Shown here piece after piece: positions 18,755 to 33,800 of a stretch of DNA of 64,000 nt; the first letter of the stretch is position 1, and every line of letters starts with the position of its first letter. This DNA comes from Eledone cirrhosa (lineage: Eukaryota): the NCBI GenBank assembly GCA_964016885.1, contig OZ024743.1, positions 94,364,001 through 94,428,000 of the forward strand, given 5' to 3'. The translations under genes were made by a program, and so were the position numbers. The notes beneath the pieces were generated by a model that saw only the letters and a list, made by a program, of their open reading frames with translations, did no database searches and was not told the DNA's origin.

Positions 18755-21700
18755 TTAAAATCTATAATGACAGTATCCAGGAATACATCTTCTTGTCGTG
18801 GGGTCAAACCTTTTAGCATAGCCACAGGAAGCCACAATATATCTGCCATATGCACATATAGCATAATGAGAACATATTTGTAAGCAAGGCTGTTTGTCCA
18901 TCGATTTACAATCACATCCTTTAGCAATGGCACAATATTTGTTGATGTAACATTCTGTAATAGAGAAAAAACAAAGGTTAGGTGGAATATATATGTGAAA
19001 TATATATAGAGAATTTATAATAATTTATAGAGCAAATGTTTGGCATCTGTAGGGTCAAATGAGATTATCAGTTTGAGTGGAACTGAATAGCCCTACACAC
19101 AATATGTGACTAGATGTCGGATACAACATGGAGATAGCAATTGCTTTGGTAGTCAGGGTTACTTAGATTAGGTTCAATAATGGTTTCTTATATAGGCACA
19201 AATCCAGCAATTTTGGGGGAGGGGAAAGTCGATTAAATCGGCCCCAATACGTTACTGGTGCTTTATTTTATTGACCCCGTAAGGATGAAAGGCAAAGTTA
19301 ACCTCGGCGGGATTTGAACTCGGATCATAAAGGGCCGTAACTCCATGTTTCAAAGCATGGCGTCTGATTCTCTACCAATACTGCCAATCCAACACCATGA
19401 ACAAACATAATAATTATTTCTACTTTAGGCACAAGGCCAACAATTATCCCAGTTTATTACTGGTACTTTATTTTATCGACCCCGTAAGGATGAAAGGCAA
19501 AGTGAACCTCGGCGGGATTTGAACTCAGACCGTAAAGGGACGTTCTGAGAACAAACATAATAATTGTTTCTACTTTAGGCACAAGGGCAGCAAATACCCA
19601 GTGCATTACTGGTACTTTATTTTAGAACAAACATAATAATGAAGTCTATTAATACTTACTTTTAGGTGTTGGTTTTGTTGTCTGTGGCCAATACACACGT
19701 GTTGTTGTTGTAGGTGTTGTCCACCTTGTTGTAGTAGTAGTAGTTGTTGTTGTTGTTGTCGGTACTGGTGTTGTTGTTGTGGTTGTTGTTGTTGTTCGAA
19801 CTGGTGTGGTCGTTGTTGTAGTCACATTACTGCTGGTAAATGGCCACCGGCTGTCATCACAGTGGAAAACAATTGGAATATTCTGGTGCTTCAGTTTCGG
19901 TCGAATCTGGTTGTTATAATCCCAGACCTTCATGTAAATATCTGCGAGGGTTTTACCGTAGAAGGCAGTGTCGTTACGAGTTATGTTCAAAAGTCCTATA
20001 CATTCTGTGTATCTTGGTGGGTTGGAACCTGGAACTAAGCAAGATGGCCGGCATATTCTTCCACATTGTTCCGTAACTGTTAGAAATACGAGAGCAGCTC
20101 CTTTTTCGGGGTCTCTGATACCGATATAAGCTAGATCTGATGATACAGCTAATCTACGGTCCACTACCACCATTTCTTCATAATTTCCAAAATAATTGAT
20201 GCCACTGGCTTGAACATTCACTCTTCCTGCTGGTCCACAACACTTACTCGTCCGACAAGTAGAATTACTGGACGAGGAATTTTGGGATAGACTGTTGTCG
20301 TATATATCATTCAATAAGTTTGGTTGACCATTTACGATTGGGAAATTTCCAAATCTCATCGTCTCGTAAGGTCGTTCGTAAATTATTTCGATCGGAATAA
20401 ATGCCCATTCTTTTAAATCACACACACGGTTGATACAAAACATATTTTGATAGGGAATGAGAGTATTACAACGAGTTGTTGATTTAGATTTTGTTACACA
20501 TCTACCATTTTCGCATGTTAAGTATCGAGGATTACAAAGATTTGGATTGTAAGTACAATTTCCAAGTAAGTAATTATATTCATATCTGTAAATACCAGTG
20601 TAACTTTGAGTTACTTTTAATGCTTCTGCGACTGTTAAATTCATAATGCCAATACTTTGGTTGGGAGCATAAATATCTAAACCAAAATTCGAAGGATAAT
20701 CTGTTGCAGGATCGATGTTGTTTTTCCTTTGGTTTTCATTGAAACGTGTGTGAACAAGTTCTACATAACTGTGAAGTAGAAAGAAGAAAGGATCCATAGG
20801 TGCAGCTGGAATCATAGCCATAAGTCCTCCAACAGAAACGTGCATAGAATTATGCATAAATTCAAAGTTATAGCGTTCGAGTGCGTTTGGTTCTGATATT
20901 TCTTCGAGTTTCGTTCGAGTGAGAACATCTTCGATATTACGATGTGTTGGCAAAGTTGTACTGAAACCTCCATTCCTTACTAGATGACCAGATGGTGTGG
21001 TCCAATTAGCAAACGGTCCACGATTCACAAATCCATTGACTGTTCCCATGAACGTGTCCGACCAGATAATGGAATCTCGAGGATTAGAAAGAGAAGCATC
21101 AAGAGTTGGATCCCAAAATGGAATTGTTACAGTTGGTACTTTTGTACGAAGAGCATCTTCCATCCTGAAATTTAAAAATAAAAACCACATTAACATATTT
21201 CTAATGACATATTTAATGAATGAAATATTACGAGGGATTTATTTAAATTATCAATTATTTTAATTATTAAGATCGTATTTGTTTCAAAGCTTATCTAACG
21301 GGCTTAAATAAAATTTATATAAAATTCTCCGAATTGAGAGATCACAGCTCCGATACTATAGGCATGTGGTAGGAATGTCTCAGGAAAGAATCGCTGGACA
21401 GATTTTACGGCCAAAACCAACCGACAGGAGGCCCAGGAGTAGACCCGAGCAAGAAAAACCCATGAGCTTGGCTGGTCTCGCTTGAGGATCCAACCCTCTC
21501 AAGAAGAAGAAGAAGAAGAAGAAGAAGAAGAAGAAGAAGAAGAAGAAGAAGAAGAAGAAGAAGAAGAAGAAGAAGAAGAAGAAGAAGAAGAAATATGAGG
21601 TGTAAATCAATATTCAATTTCATTGCTTACATTTTCACATATATTCTGTGCCAGGTGAGGAATACAGGACCATTGTGAGCATTTCTGGCAGTCGCACCTG

Positions 21701-23085
21701 TATGGAGGAAGGCGATAGCATCGTAAACATTTGGTTCCATGCTCTGTAAGATAAAAGAAGAGATAAGAAACATTAAAACACAACATGGAGGGAGGCAATA
21801 ACATTGTAAACATTTGATGACATCATCTGTAAGATAAAATAAGTAACGTAAACATTAAAATCATTACAACACAAGATTTATTTTAAATTATTTGAGATGT
21901 TTTGGTTTTGATGTTTCTAAGGAAAGGAAGTCGAACATTTTAGATAAAAAACGTAAGCCTTACTTTTCATATTAAGTATTTCTGAAATATTTTGTAAGTT
22001 GAGAGAAAGAAAGTCAGAACGAAAGCTATAGGAAATTAACAGCCCTAGTACTGAACTGGTACTTTATTTATCGACCTCAGTAGGATGTAAGACACAGTTG
22101 ACTTATTTTATATTAGAAATATAAGCGCCAGAGAACCTAAGCGAATATCGACATCTGAACGACTTTGTCAATTCGCCATATTGTGTTAAAACAAAATAAA
22201 AATAAAAAAACCCTTCTTACTTTCTTTTATTTTTCAGATGAATTCTACGGTGAAAGATTGCGCTGCATGGCGAACTCTCCACTTTCCACTGAAACTGAGG
22301 GATCCGCAGAAAACGTACAAGGGTTCTCTAAAGAAATCTCTTTAAGCATGTCATATTGATCACCACCAGAGGTGTGATATGTCCTCTGATCAGGTGATCT
22401 GGTGACATACCATCTGTCAATTTCCTCCTTCGAGAATGAATGGAGGACTGTTGATGAAGACAAAAGTCCGGGGAAGAAATGTAGTATGGTAACACTGAAA
22501 CCAGAACAAAATTAGACATACTCTTGCTTTAGTCGTGTTTGCCTATCTTACGTTTTTCTCGTCAGTTACCAGCGAGCCTACGATAGATGTGGACAGCCCC
22601 TTTCATAAATCTTCGTTAACGAAGTAAAGTCATGATACTAGTTTAGTAAAATATCAAAGTCTGTCAGTACTCTGAACTTCTCTCAATAATATTCATATAA
22701 AAAAATAGAACCTTACCGTATCTTGTTTTAGAAGATGAATACTACGGTGGAAATCATATCTTTCTTGTTCACTGAGTTGTCTATATTCCTTCCTTACTCG
22801 GAGCATTTTCAAATGATTTGGTTGTGATGTTTTTAGTTCATCGGTTGGTAGATTATAATTTAGATAGTTTGTTGTCCAATTAGGACATATTTTCGCCATT
22901 TGGAGCTGACCAACGCAATAATTCCATATATTGGCCTTCTTTTCAATTGGTGGATTTGTCGATTTGCATACATTCTCAAAACAGTTTGGAACATAGCTAC
23001 CTATTTCTGGAACATAATACTGTATATCTGACTTCACGTAAACAAAAGCCAGCAATATGATGAATGCTAGGTACAGACGATTCAT
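18755..23085 (-). CDS. Tyrosinase-like gene 2, same architecture, ~728 aa
   Basis: Coding exons 23085-22717, 21743-21631, 21164-19660, 18954-18755 (369+113+1505+200=2187 nt, in phase, GT-AG). Signal peptide MNRLYLAFIILLAFVYVKS; CuA FLHTGATARNAHNGPVFLTWHRIYV; CuB EFMHNSMHVSVGG..DPFFFLLHSYVE; last exon CSHYAICAYGRYIVASCGYAKRFDPTTRRC. Confidence 0.93.
19180..19640 (-). mobile_element. Tandem SINE cluster (one full and two truncated copies) in the last intron of gene 2
   Basis: Three starts tttct..taggcacaa; core cgaccccgtaaggatgaaaggcaaag repeated. Confidence 0.85.
21330..21592 (+). mobile_element. 3' remnant of an RTE-like LINE with (GAA)n tail
   Basis: Decayed GHVVRM..KPTDRRPRSRP C-terminal motif followed by (GAA)n; sister copy at ~49635-49873. 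Confidence 0.55.
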
Positions 23086-23842
23086 TGCTGAAAATAAAAT
23101 AAAATTGATACATACAAATTTGAAAATATAATTTGAAAATAAAAGAAAATATAGACATACACATTTGAGCCCTCTATTTATACTTATACACTTTATAAAC
23201 TGCACTTATATTTGACAATCCACACACGTGCCTCTTTTTATGGCTTACATAAGGAATACGGATAGCAGACACGAACCCTTTCAGGGTCTCTGAGCAATGG
23301 AAGAATTGGAGCCCCAGCATGATACTTGTAACAAGGTTGAGTCCGTTTAAGGAATCGAAAGTGTTTGTATTAAGATTGCTAGATTTCTTCAATGGTGATT
23401 CAATGTGGCAATTATTATATTTTCGTTTGCTGTTACTATTACAATTTTCTGGAGACTTTTGAGGTGGTGTTTATGAAGAAACTATCGGAGTTATTTGAAT
23501 TATCTCTACAATCCTCACGAAATTATTTCAAAATAATTAGCCATTTTGTCTCTATTGTGGGGTCGTTTACAATTGCTAACGTCTCTCTTGGGAATCCAGT
23601 CAGTTCTGTAAAGAGCGTTGTTTTAAATTATTGGACCTATTGTAGTATATTACTGGTATATATTTAACCAAGCGTAATGTAAGTTAAATCAAAGGTAACC
23701 AGAAACATCTATGAATTGATTTAAATATCAATAACTTCATAATGTCTTGACAGTAGAAAGACATGGAGATGGTGTTGTATAAATTAGAACTTCAGTTATG
23801 ATATTGCTGTATGAACTTGTCATATTACAGTAAGACTCTTAC

Positions 23843-23921
23843 CTTCAGTTGGTTCTTAACACTTCCAGAACAATGTAGCTTGACAAAGTGATATGAATTC
23901 GTAATAATTGCAATATATATA
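23843..23921 (-). promoter_or_regulatory. Putative TATA element and non-coding exon 1 of gene 2
   Basis: TATATATA near 23921-23913; donor GAAG|GTAAG at 23843/23842; the acceptor at 23087 is 2 nt before the ATG. Confidence 0.5.
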
Positions 23922-24314
23922 GAGAGAAATAGATCCTATGAGATATTAATTAATTCAATAGCTATTGTTCTAATTAGTAATTAACTAGCGTTGACATATG
24001 CACATATATTTTTTCCTATTTGGCATACCTTTCCCACCCTAACAGTTGTTCACATTGTACTTTGTTTAGTCACCATTTCATTCGCTATAACACGTGCAGT
24101 GAACTGTCAGTTTCATAAATTATATACATTGTGATGCATATTTGCTGCAAGATGTTAAACAGGTTATTCAAGTTGGTAGATAGTGAAATTTTGTAACTTT
24201 TAGTTTTACAATAATTGTTTCTTTTCTTGTGCATCCTCCACTCAATCTTCTTGGAATAGTTTCAAGGAAGTAATTGAAATAAGAAAAAAAAACACCTATT
24301 ATTTCATATATGAT

Positions 24315-26425
24315 TTTTTTTTTTTTTTTGTACTCATGCAGATCATTATTTTTAGCATTATATAAATAAATATCCAAAACATAAACATACACATACCGAC
24401 CATAATTAAATATGGAATGATATGCGATGGGGCCCTACTACAGCCCCGGCGGTCAGAATGGAGAAGGCCTTTCCCCGGAGGACGGAAAGGGAGACGCGCT
24501 GGAAAAGCCACTCCAACTCGCAAGGCTCACACCTGCGGCTGGTCAGCTCAGCGCCTATGGTGGTGAGTAGGAAGGTAGCCCTAGGGCCGAGGACACCTGA
24601 AGTCTCCACTGCCAGGGGTACAACTGCAAACCTGTCGGATAGCGACCGGTATTTGAGGAGTTTAGCCTCCTCAGCCCGACGTGCAGCAGAACCTGGGTTA
24701 GTCGCAGACTGCACCAGGTTGCGGCTGCAGAAAGTATCGGTGCAAGTGGCATCCCAGACGAGAGGTTTACCATCGCGGAACGGGAAGATGGTCATGCCAT
24801 CTGGCCTTTTGTCGTCCCCTCGGTCCAGCCCCACCGGCTCGAGCTGGCAAGGGAAGCCTGCAGCGTACAAGCTATGCTTTATGACTTCGTTGAGGGCAGC
24901 ATGGCGTGGAAGGCAGCCGGCACTGTGGCGACAGGAAAGCGGGTGGAGGCCGAAAGAGTCCACGGTGGATCCGCAGCGACATTGGTGTGGCTCGCAGATC
25001 CGGAGGCCGAGCCTCAAGGAAACGCCGATGCGCAGGCTATGGTTGTCTAGATGCGTGCCAGTAGAGAAGGATGGCAGGGCTTGGAGCCAGGCACCACTGT
25101 AGGGTTTGGAGGCCGCACGAAAACAGACAAGGCGGTGGTGGTGGTCGAGTTGGCGCGTGAGGCTGTCTGAGGCCAGGCTGCACTGGATGGCATCCCAAGT
25201 GCTTAGGGGGGGGGACTTGACGTCAACAGGGGAAGAAGGAGGAGGGAGTCTCCTGGGCTAAGTCCCAGCCGGTCCCAGGTCTCACAGGCGGCCTCACGTT
25301 CTTTGAACACAGAGGGTTCTATTGTGTTTAGAAGAACCCTGCTGACGAGGACGCGGAACGAGGTTACCGACGAAAGATACGCCGGCAAAGCCAGTGAGAT
25401 CGAGGACCGGAGGCCAAGGCCGCCATACCTGACAGGTAAAGTAGCCTGTTGCCATCCAATGACGTTGCATATCTCCTCGGCTGCTTCTCGGATACAAGTA
25501 TCGAGGTCAGCGAGGAGAGATGTGTGGGTGTAGCACGGAGCGCTGCGAAGGGTATAGAGGAGTTTCGGCATGGCGAAGCAGTTCCTGAACAGAAAGAGGG
25601 CTGGGTGGCCGTCGATCAAGCTCAGTCGGCTCGTGAGAGTCTGGAGTTGTTGAAGCCTGGACCTGATGTTGGAACGGATGGACGGCGGGTTGATCGGTGA
25701 CCTGAGGATGAGGACATCCTCTTTGGGGGTCACCTGTACCTGGTGGAGAATGGATCGCACGTCCGAGACGGAGGCTGCAAAGTTCTCAGCATTGTGGCTG
25801 ACATTCACCACCTCCGACTTGGACGAGTTGACCTGGAGGCCGATTCCCGCCAGGGAAGGAACCACCGATTGTAGGTCATGGCAGACAGTCTCTACGGGCC
25901 CGCCCAACGTAGCATCATCCAGATACCAAACATTGAGAGAGGCCATGATACTCCGAGCGATGCGGTCTATACCAAGGGCAAACAGGCGGGGTCCCAAAGG
26001 GTCGCCCTGTTGGACCCTAGTGGCAGAAGGTATGACCGTATCAGCAGCAAGGAGCATGCTCGGGGCTCCATACGACAGGTAAGCCATCAGATAGGCAGAG
26101 GGGGCTAGGCTGAGGCAGGCATCGAGGAGATGGTCTCAGCATAAGCAGTTGAAGGCATTCCTTATGTCAAGCTTGACAAGGCGGTGCCCGGAGTGCCTGG
26201 ATACCGGTTCCGGTGGGCAGCTGTTAAAGAACTGCCTGGTTGCATGTGTGGCCTCCTCACAGCCACCGGACACGCCGACACCCAGTTGCACCGTACTGAA
26301 CTCCTCACCCAATTCGGGTGTTATGGAACTGCAGACCACCTTGGCAGCCAGCCTCCGGAAGACATTGCCCACGGCAATGGGGCGTATGCCACCCTCTTTC
26401 TTCCTGAGAGCGGTGATGCTCACAT
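24315..26425 (-). mobile_element. 5'-truncated, frameshifted CRE-clade-like non-LTR retrotransposon (RT plus restriction-like endonuclease)
   Basis: GGIRPIAVG, VQLGVG, KLDIRNAFN, VQQGDPLGP, WYLDD, GGLG; C-terminal CRCG..H..SC, RHAALN, RPDG, WDAT; poly(A) near 24315-24329; GC-rich. Confidence 0.88.
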
Positions 26426-26578
26426 GTTAAAACATCGCCAATGTTAAAATGCAATCGTTGACTACTGTGATGATTTATCCACCATTTTCACTACCGCATT
26501 TATTACACACACACACATGCGTACACACACATACGTACACACACATGCGTACACACACGAGCGCACACTAGCGCGCGC

Positions 26579-26709
<131 letters not shown>

Positions 26710-26744
26710 ACCCCCCCCATATATATATATATATATTAATATTA

Positions 26745-28865
26745 AAATCTGATTCTCACAAGACGCAAACACCTGAGAGACCTGCTCCCGGCTCGGATTT
26801 TCTGAGCGCTGACTGTGACTCAGATCACCCTCTGGCTTGCTGCAATCTCTGTTGAAGCACAGAGACCAACCCACCAGAGCAACGCTGCAAACATTGAGAT
26901 CAGCTAGGAACAACACACAAATGACTACTGGTTACAGGAATGTGAAGGCATTCAGCTGTCATTTGACACAGGTAACATTCGGTGAATGTATGAGAGCATC
27001 AAGAAAGCCCAACCCAGAGCAAGAAAGCTTCACTCAAATCCAGAAGAGGTGATGTCATCAATGGCAAAAGAGAGTAGTTGGAGAGATGGGTGGAACATTA
27101 CTCCGAACTCAGTGGCATGGAAAACAGCATCTCGGACAACGATGCGAGACACCGTGGAACAACTACCCACCGTGGTGGAGCTAGATGCATTTCTGACTGA
27201 TGAATAACTGTGTTGAGCCATCGATGGCTTGCCTGCTGGGAAGGCACAGGGATCGAACAGCATTCCCCCAGAGGTCACCGGGTGTGCAAAAAGAGTGCTA
27301 CTTAACCATCTGCTGAAACTAATGTTTCAATGTTGGGAGGAGGTAACAGTCATGAGAGACCACAACATTGTCACCCTCTATAAGAAGAAAGGGGACAGAA
27401 GCGACTGCAATTGCAGCCGAGGCATCTCGCTACTAAGCATCATGATCCTGTACAGATTACAGAAAATCGCTGAGAAGGTACACCCCGAATCTCAGTGTGG
27501 TTTCAGGTCAGAATGCTCTACCATCGACATTATCATCTCCCTTAACATCTACAGAAGTGCCGAGAGCAAAGGGAACCACCATACATCACCTTCGACCTAA
27601 TTAGTAGGTTTTCCTCTAAGACCCCTTAGGATAGTCCAGTCGTTTCGTGCAGATATGAAAGGTGTCGTTCAATTTGATGGCTCTTCTTCAGAGGCATTTA
27701 AAAAATGCGGCGGTGTGAAGCAGGGCTGTGTGTTATCCCCCACCCTCTTTGGCATATTCTTTGCATCATGCTAAAACATGTATTTGGAATGTCAACTGAA
27801 AATGTCTACCTCCATACCAGACAGAGGGGAAGTTGTTTCGTCTGTCAAGGCTGAAAGTGAAATCCAAAGTTCGTCAGGTACTCATCAGAGAAATACTGTT
27901 TGTGGATGACACAGCATTAGCAGCGCACTCTGAGAAGCAAATGCAGCACTCCATGAACAAATTCTCGAGGGCCTTCCAGGAATTCAACCTGATCATTAGT
28001 CTAAAGCAAACCAATGTACTGGGCTAAAGTGTCAAGCACCCCCTTACCATCAACAACCGTGAGCTGGAGGTGGTCTACGAATACATCGACCTTGGATCCA
28101 CCATCACTGACAGCCTCTCTCTGGACCCCGAGATTAGTAGGAGAGTTCGACGAGCAACCTCCACATTTGCCAGGCTGGCGAAATGAGTCTGGGAGAACAG
28201 AAAACTAACCAGAATTGCTGTCTACAAAACGTGTCCTCAGGACGTGACTTTACGGCAGCGAGACATGGAGCCTCTACTCCAGACAGGAGAGGCGTCTCAA
28301 TGTCTTCCTGCTTCGTAGCCTGAGACGCATTCTAGATATCAAGTGGACCGACCGGGTCACCAACATTGAAGTCATCAACCGCGCCAACATACCCAGTATA
28401 TACACGCTGCTCAAACGGCGCCGTCTGCGCTGGCTCGGTCACGTACATCGTGTGCTGGACGGGAGGATACCAAAAGACCTATTATATGGGGAACTGGCCA
28501 CAAGAGCACGAAGTGATGTCATCCCCATTTCAAAGACGTCTCTAGGAGGGATATGTATCAATTGATCTGGGCATTCAGAGATGGGAGGATGTCGCTAATG
28601 ATCGCCCACAATGGAGTCGAGTACAGTGCAAAGGGATGGGCTAAGGAAAGAGAAACTGAAATTTGCCTCCGAAGAAAAGCGTGCTCGAAAAAAGAACAAC
28701 GCAGTAGCACTGGATGAGAGCATCTACAAATGCATGCACTGTATACAGGACTGCCACTACTGTGTGGGCCTGTACAGCTACAGCAGACACTGCACCTCCA
28801 TCAGCAGCTGACACAAATTTCTCCAGGCGCAGATACATGCTGTTTTGAGACCGATGCAAATGGCA
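26745..28865 (+). mobile_element. Degenerate RTE-BovB-like LINE
   Basis: IVTLYKKKGDRSDCN..RGISLLS, PESQCGFR..STID, GVKQGCVLSPTLF, LFVDD, RRLRWLGHV, terminal C2H2-like finger; many stops and frameshifts. Confidence 0.88.
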
Positions 28866-29422
28866 GTATATATATACCGTCGAAGACGCTACCTTTTTTC
28901 TAAAATAAGTCTCAAAATACCATGAGTCCTGGAGGCCCAAGGTTATTTATTATTTAATTCTTTTTTTTATTTATTATATACTAAACCATCCGTGACCCAT
29001 TAGGTCATGTTCACTTTACAATATAAAAAAAAATCATGTTCACTTAAAAATAATTTTTAAATAATTAAAATATACACATTCATGTATACATCGCTATTTC
29101 AGAGCACCAATACTAATATATAATTGTTGCTGCACCGGCAATCGTTGTGTTTAATCATCTCCTAAATATTACTGGAATTCTATAAGAATCCAGCTGCTAT
29201 AATTTCGGCAAAGGTAGGGGAGTGTGTAGTCTTGATAAACGCCAACCAGCGAGAAACAGACTGTCGATCAATCTCCCTTCATTTTTGCCGAAAATAAGCA
29301 AGTGACATAGCCACTACTTTAAAACTGATATCGAATAGTCTTCTAAATGTTTTTAATTAACATACAGTATATTGCCAAATATACTATACATACATTCATA
29401 TATACATCGCTATTTCAGAGCA

Positions 29423-29545
<123 letters not shown>

Positions 29546-29900
29546 CGGCGATGAATTAGTTTTGCGAGGTTTTTTATATGAAATCGTGTGTCGAAACAAA
29601 TATTGTTGTACTTGGGGAGGGTCATATTTGTGTAATATTGCCAGAATTAATAACAGAACACACTCACTGTTTGGTTGGTTTTCGCTTCTCGCTGTCTTTT
29701 ATATCGGTAATCTAACTTACTCGGTCCTCAATGTTGCCATTGACTGACCGACGGTCAAAAATAATACAGATACAATATAGACACAAACACATATATATAG
29801 TTTATCATAAATCTTTCGTTGCACATCTGCAACATCGTCAGTGGTGTTATATTTTCCTCCTGTTGTGTTGTATGTCTACGCCATTTTTATTCAGTCTGTC

Positions 29901-30017
<117 letters not shown>

Positions 30018-30061
30018 TTTAAATAACATACAGTATATTGCCAAATATACTGTATGTTTAA

Positions 30062-30098
<37 letters not shown>

Positions 30099-30828
30099 AT
30101 ACTTTGGGAGGGTCATGTTGCCAATAAGAAACACACGCACCAGTTGCTTTCACTTCAATTTATTATAATAAATTTATAAATTTAGGAATTTATAAATTTC
30201 CGGCCGGTTGGCCGGTTCCACAACCAGATGGTTGTTTATATATTGTCAAAGTTCTTTCGTCACACATTCTGTGATCTCTTCAGTGATGGGGATTCTTTTC
30301 TTTGTTTTTGTGCTTCTCCTTTGTTCTGTCTTACACCATCTTGTTTCTGTGTGTGACACACACAGAAACAAGATGGCGTAAGACAGAACACCCGCCTTCC
30401 CTTGCGTACGGACTGAAGCATACATCCAGTATGTCCTTCTTAACCACTATCTTCCCTCACCCTTCCATACATATAGTCCCGAAAAACAGAATCTCAGAAT
30501 ACCTCTAAATAGCACCTGTTAATGTACTTATATAAGAACCTTTGAATATATTTCGTCGTTGAAGGCGTTAGTTGCCGTAACTCACATTTAATAGTACAAA
30601 TTAAGCAATTCTCATTTAACAATCAGAATTAACTAGATCGAATTTGACAATAAAAATTAATTAGATTATATTTGACAATTACAAATAATTTATTTTTAAC
30701 AATGAGGAAAAACAAATTCATATTTAATAATCATAATTAATCAATTCATATTTAACAATGAAAATAACTAATTCATATTTATCAATTATAATTAATTAAT
30801 TTATACATAACATTCATAATTCTCTAAT

Positions 30829-33800
30829 TCATCATCATCATCGTTTAACGTATAATTTCCACGCAAGCATGGGTTAGACAAGTTGTCCTGTTTGAGGCAT
30901 GTCGGGTCAGGTGACTGTGTCTTGCTCATACCGAACAGTGTCTGGCTTGGTTTCTACGGATGGATGCCCTTCCTAACGCCAACCACATTTACAGTGAGTA
31001 CTGAGTACTTTTTGTCGTGACACCTATACGACCACTTTACAGAGTGGACTGGGGACTGAAGCATGGGTGTAAGGGCTTGGGAGGAGGGGTGTGATAAGAT
31101 GTGAATGGCGTGTTGGGGCGTGGGAGGTGTATGGAAGGGTGAGGGAAGATAGTGGTTAAGAGGGGCATACTAGATGTATGCTTCAGTCCGTATGCAAGAG
31201 AAGGCGGGTGTTTTGTATTACTGTATAAGGTCAAAGATCTCTGTCTCGTGCCATTATCTTTGAGAGGTGCAATTGTGCAAGGTCAGCTTTTATCACTTCA
31301 TCCCAGGTCTTCATGGGTCTTACGACACCATAGCTTCCATCAACTGTGATCGCCCTGCACCTTTTTATACAGCTGTCATCCTTCATACGCATCACATAGC
31401 CATACCAACGCAATCTTCTCTCTTGCACAATGTATCTGATCCCTCTTATGTCCAATTTCTCTTTCAGTTCATTTACGCTTTGCCGTGCATGTATATTACT
31501 ATTACACATCCATTGGAGCATGCAGGCTTCATTTCTTTCCAATCTTCGCAGGTCTTCTGCATACAGTGCCAAGGTCTCACTAACATGTAACATTGTTATT
31601 CGTATACATGAATCGTACAATCTACCCTTCATTTAAGGGAACAACATTTTGTAACTAGCAACGGTAGTAACTCCCTGAACTTTCTCCATTCAGTTCTTAC
31701 TCTGCCTATTGTACCTTTGGAACTTCATCCTCCACTGCTTATTTGGTAACTCGGATAACGGAAACTGCCGACTATTTCTACAAAGCCGTCTGGGTATTTC
31801 AAGGGGCTAGTATCCTGTGGACACTTGCTACTTACTGCACCTGTGTATCGACTGCATATAAAATCTACGTTCTTTGATAGACTACCTGAGATCCCACTAC
31901 ATCCCTTGTGTACCCAAGGTTTGCATTTGGGACATAGGATGGAGTTTCTACCTACTCCTTTCATGCACACTGAACAAGGCCATTTCCCTGAGGGAATTAG
32001 GGTCCTGTTATACTTTCTACATAAGAACTTTAGTCTTTGACAAGTTAACATTAAGACCTTTTGATTTTAGGCTATGCTTCCAGGTTTGGAATCTCTTCTC
32101 TAATTCTGCCATAGATTCAGCTATGGGGATTAGATCATCTGCATACAGATGTTATAGCCTGTAGGGCAATAATTGTTTCTACTTTTGGCACAAGGCCAGC
32201 AATTACCCCAGGGCGTTACTGGTACTTTATTTTATCGACCCCGTTAGGATGAAAGGCAAAGTTAACCTCGGCGGAATTTGAACTCAGAACGTAAAGAGCC
32301 ATAACTCTATGCCACAAAGTATGGTGTCTGACGCTCTACCAATACTGTCAGGAGTGGGCTAAGGATGGAGCCGTGATGCACTAAATTCTTCACTGCAGTT
32401 TTTTGTTAATTCTAACCTTGCTCATTGTTCCTCTATACATGTCTTGTACAGCCTTCACAAGTTTGTTTAGCCGACCAAGTCAAACAAAAGCTAAGTAGAG
32501 GGGTTTACCTTTAGCTAGGTACTTCACGAGGAAGAGAGTATCCGTGGTACTTTTACCTGGCACAAATCCAAATTGCATTTCATCTAGTTTAACTCGGTCC
32601 CTAATTAGCTGTGCGATAATTCTTTTTGTAATCTTCATGACCTGGTCAACCAACTTAATGCCTCTATAGTTTTCTCTGTCCAGACCATCTCCATTGTAAT
32701 TGTAGCAGTTGACAATGATGCTGCTACGCTAATCATGAGGTATAACACCGTTTTGTATTACTTTGTTTACAATACAGGTGGCTGTGGCGTGATCCACCAT
32801 TCCACATACTTTCAGCATCTTGGCAACTATTCCCGAAGGTCCAGCTGCTTCCCTGTCTTCATATCTTTGATTGCCTTACTTAATATACTACTACTAGCTT
32901 GCACAGCCGGTCCCTCTGTTGAGTCAATTTGGGGCAAACTATCTTCATCCCATTCATTCTCCTCATTTAGTAGTTTTCATTGTGGTACTTCCATGCTACC
33001 TTCTTTTCAGCATTAGTGATGGCGAGTACTCCGTTATCATTACGGATGCACTTCTCCCCAGTGACATCACAATTTTCCCTGACACATTGCCTCGCAATCC
33101 TGAACACCTCACGCCTTTGATACTCGCGTTGTAGAACATGATTACATTTTTTATCTTCTGCTTCCCTTCTTGTCACCTAGCTTTTCTCCTATTTTTCTGG
33201 TAGTGTTCTCTACTTCTCCTATCCCACCATTCTTTCCATATCTGTCTTTTGGCCTTAATTGTCTGCCCCAACACCAAGTCACTCTTCTTCTCTCTAGAGA
33301 CCTCCCCAACTACAGATGTCGTTTGTCGCCTTTAGTAGGTTATCTTTCAGGAATTCCCGCTGCTCCTCTATACTGTATATCTCTATTTGCTCTTCTTTAC
33401 TCTTAAAAGCATGAAGCAGCATACCTCTAAATTTGTTACTGGCTGTGGGGTCCTTCAACTTCCACATTCTTCTCCTGCAGGTTGTCCTCTGTCACCGAGT
33501 TTGTCTAACCCTAAATATGAGGTCACCAACTATTAGGTTATATTGGGAAGTGCATTCTTCGCAGGGATGGACTTTGTATTTACAACCATTACTCTCTCTC
33601 GTCCTCTGGTAAGGCTAGAATCTATCTGGCTGGTATGCTTTCCTGATATAGGTGATCAAGTGATTGTCTCATTTTTATTTTTAAATTTATGTTACAGATA
33701 GATAGGTCACTGGCATCACAGAATCCCAGGAGCCTGAAACATTCCTTATTTTTAGTACCAAATCCATAACCACCATCGCAGTGTTATCCAACATGCCCAT

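Noticed and set aside
18697-18933. ORF MPLLKDVIV... (also 46973..47209)
   Set aside because: Wrong-frame shadow of the Cys-rich last exon (18954-18755).
22411-22494. Possible 84-nt cassette exon in gene 2 intron (tttcag..ATG|gtatgt), also present in gene 3
   Set aside because: Contains an in-frame TGA, has no counterpart in gene 1 and no other support; probably chance sites in an old repeat. RNA-seq could revive it as a poison exon.
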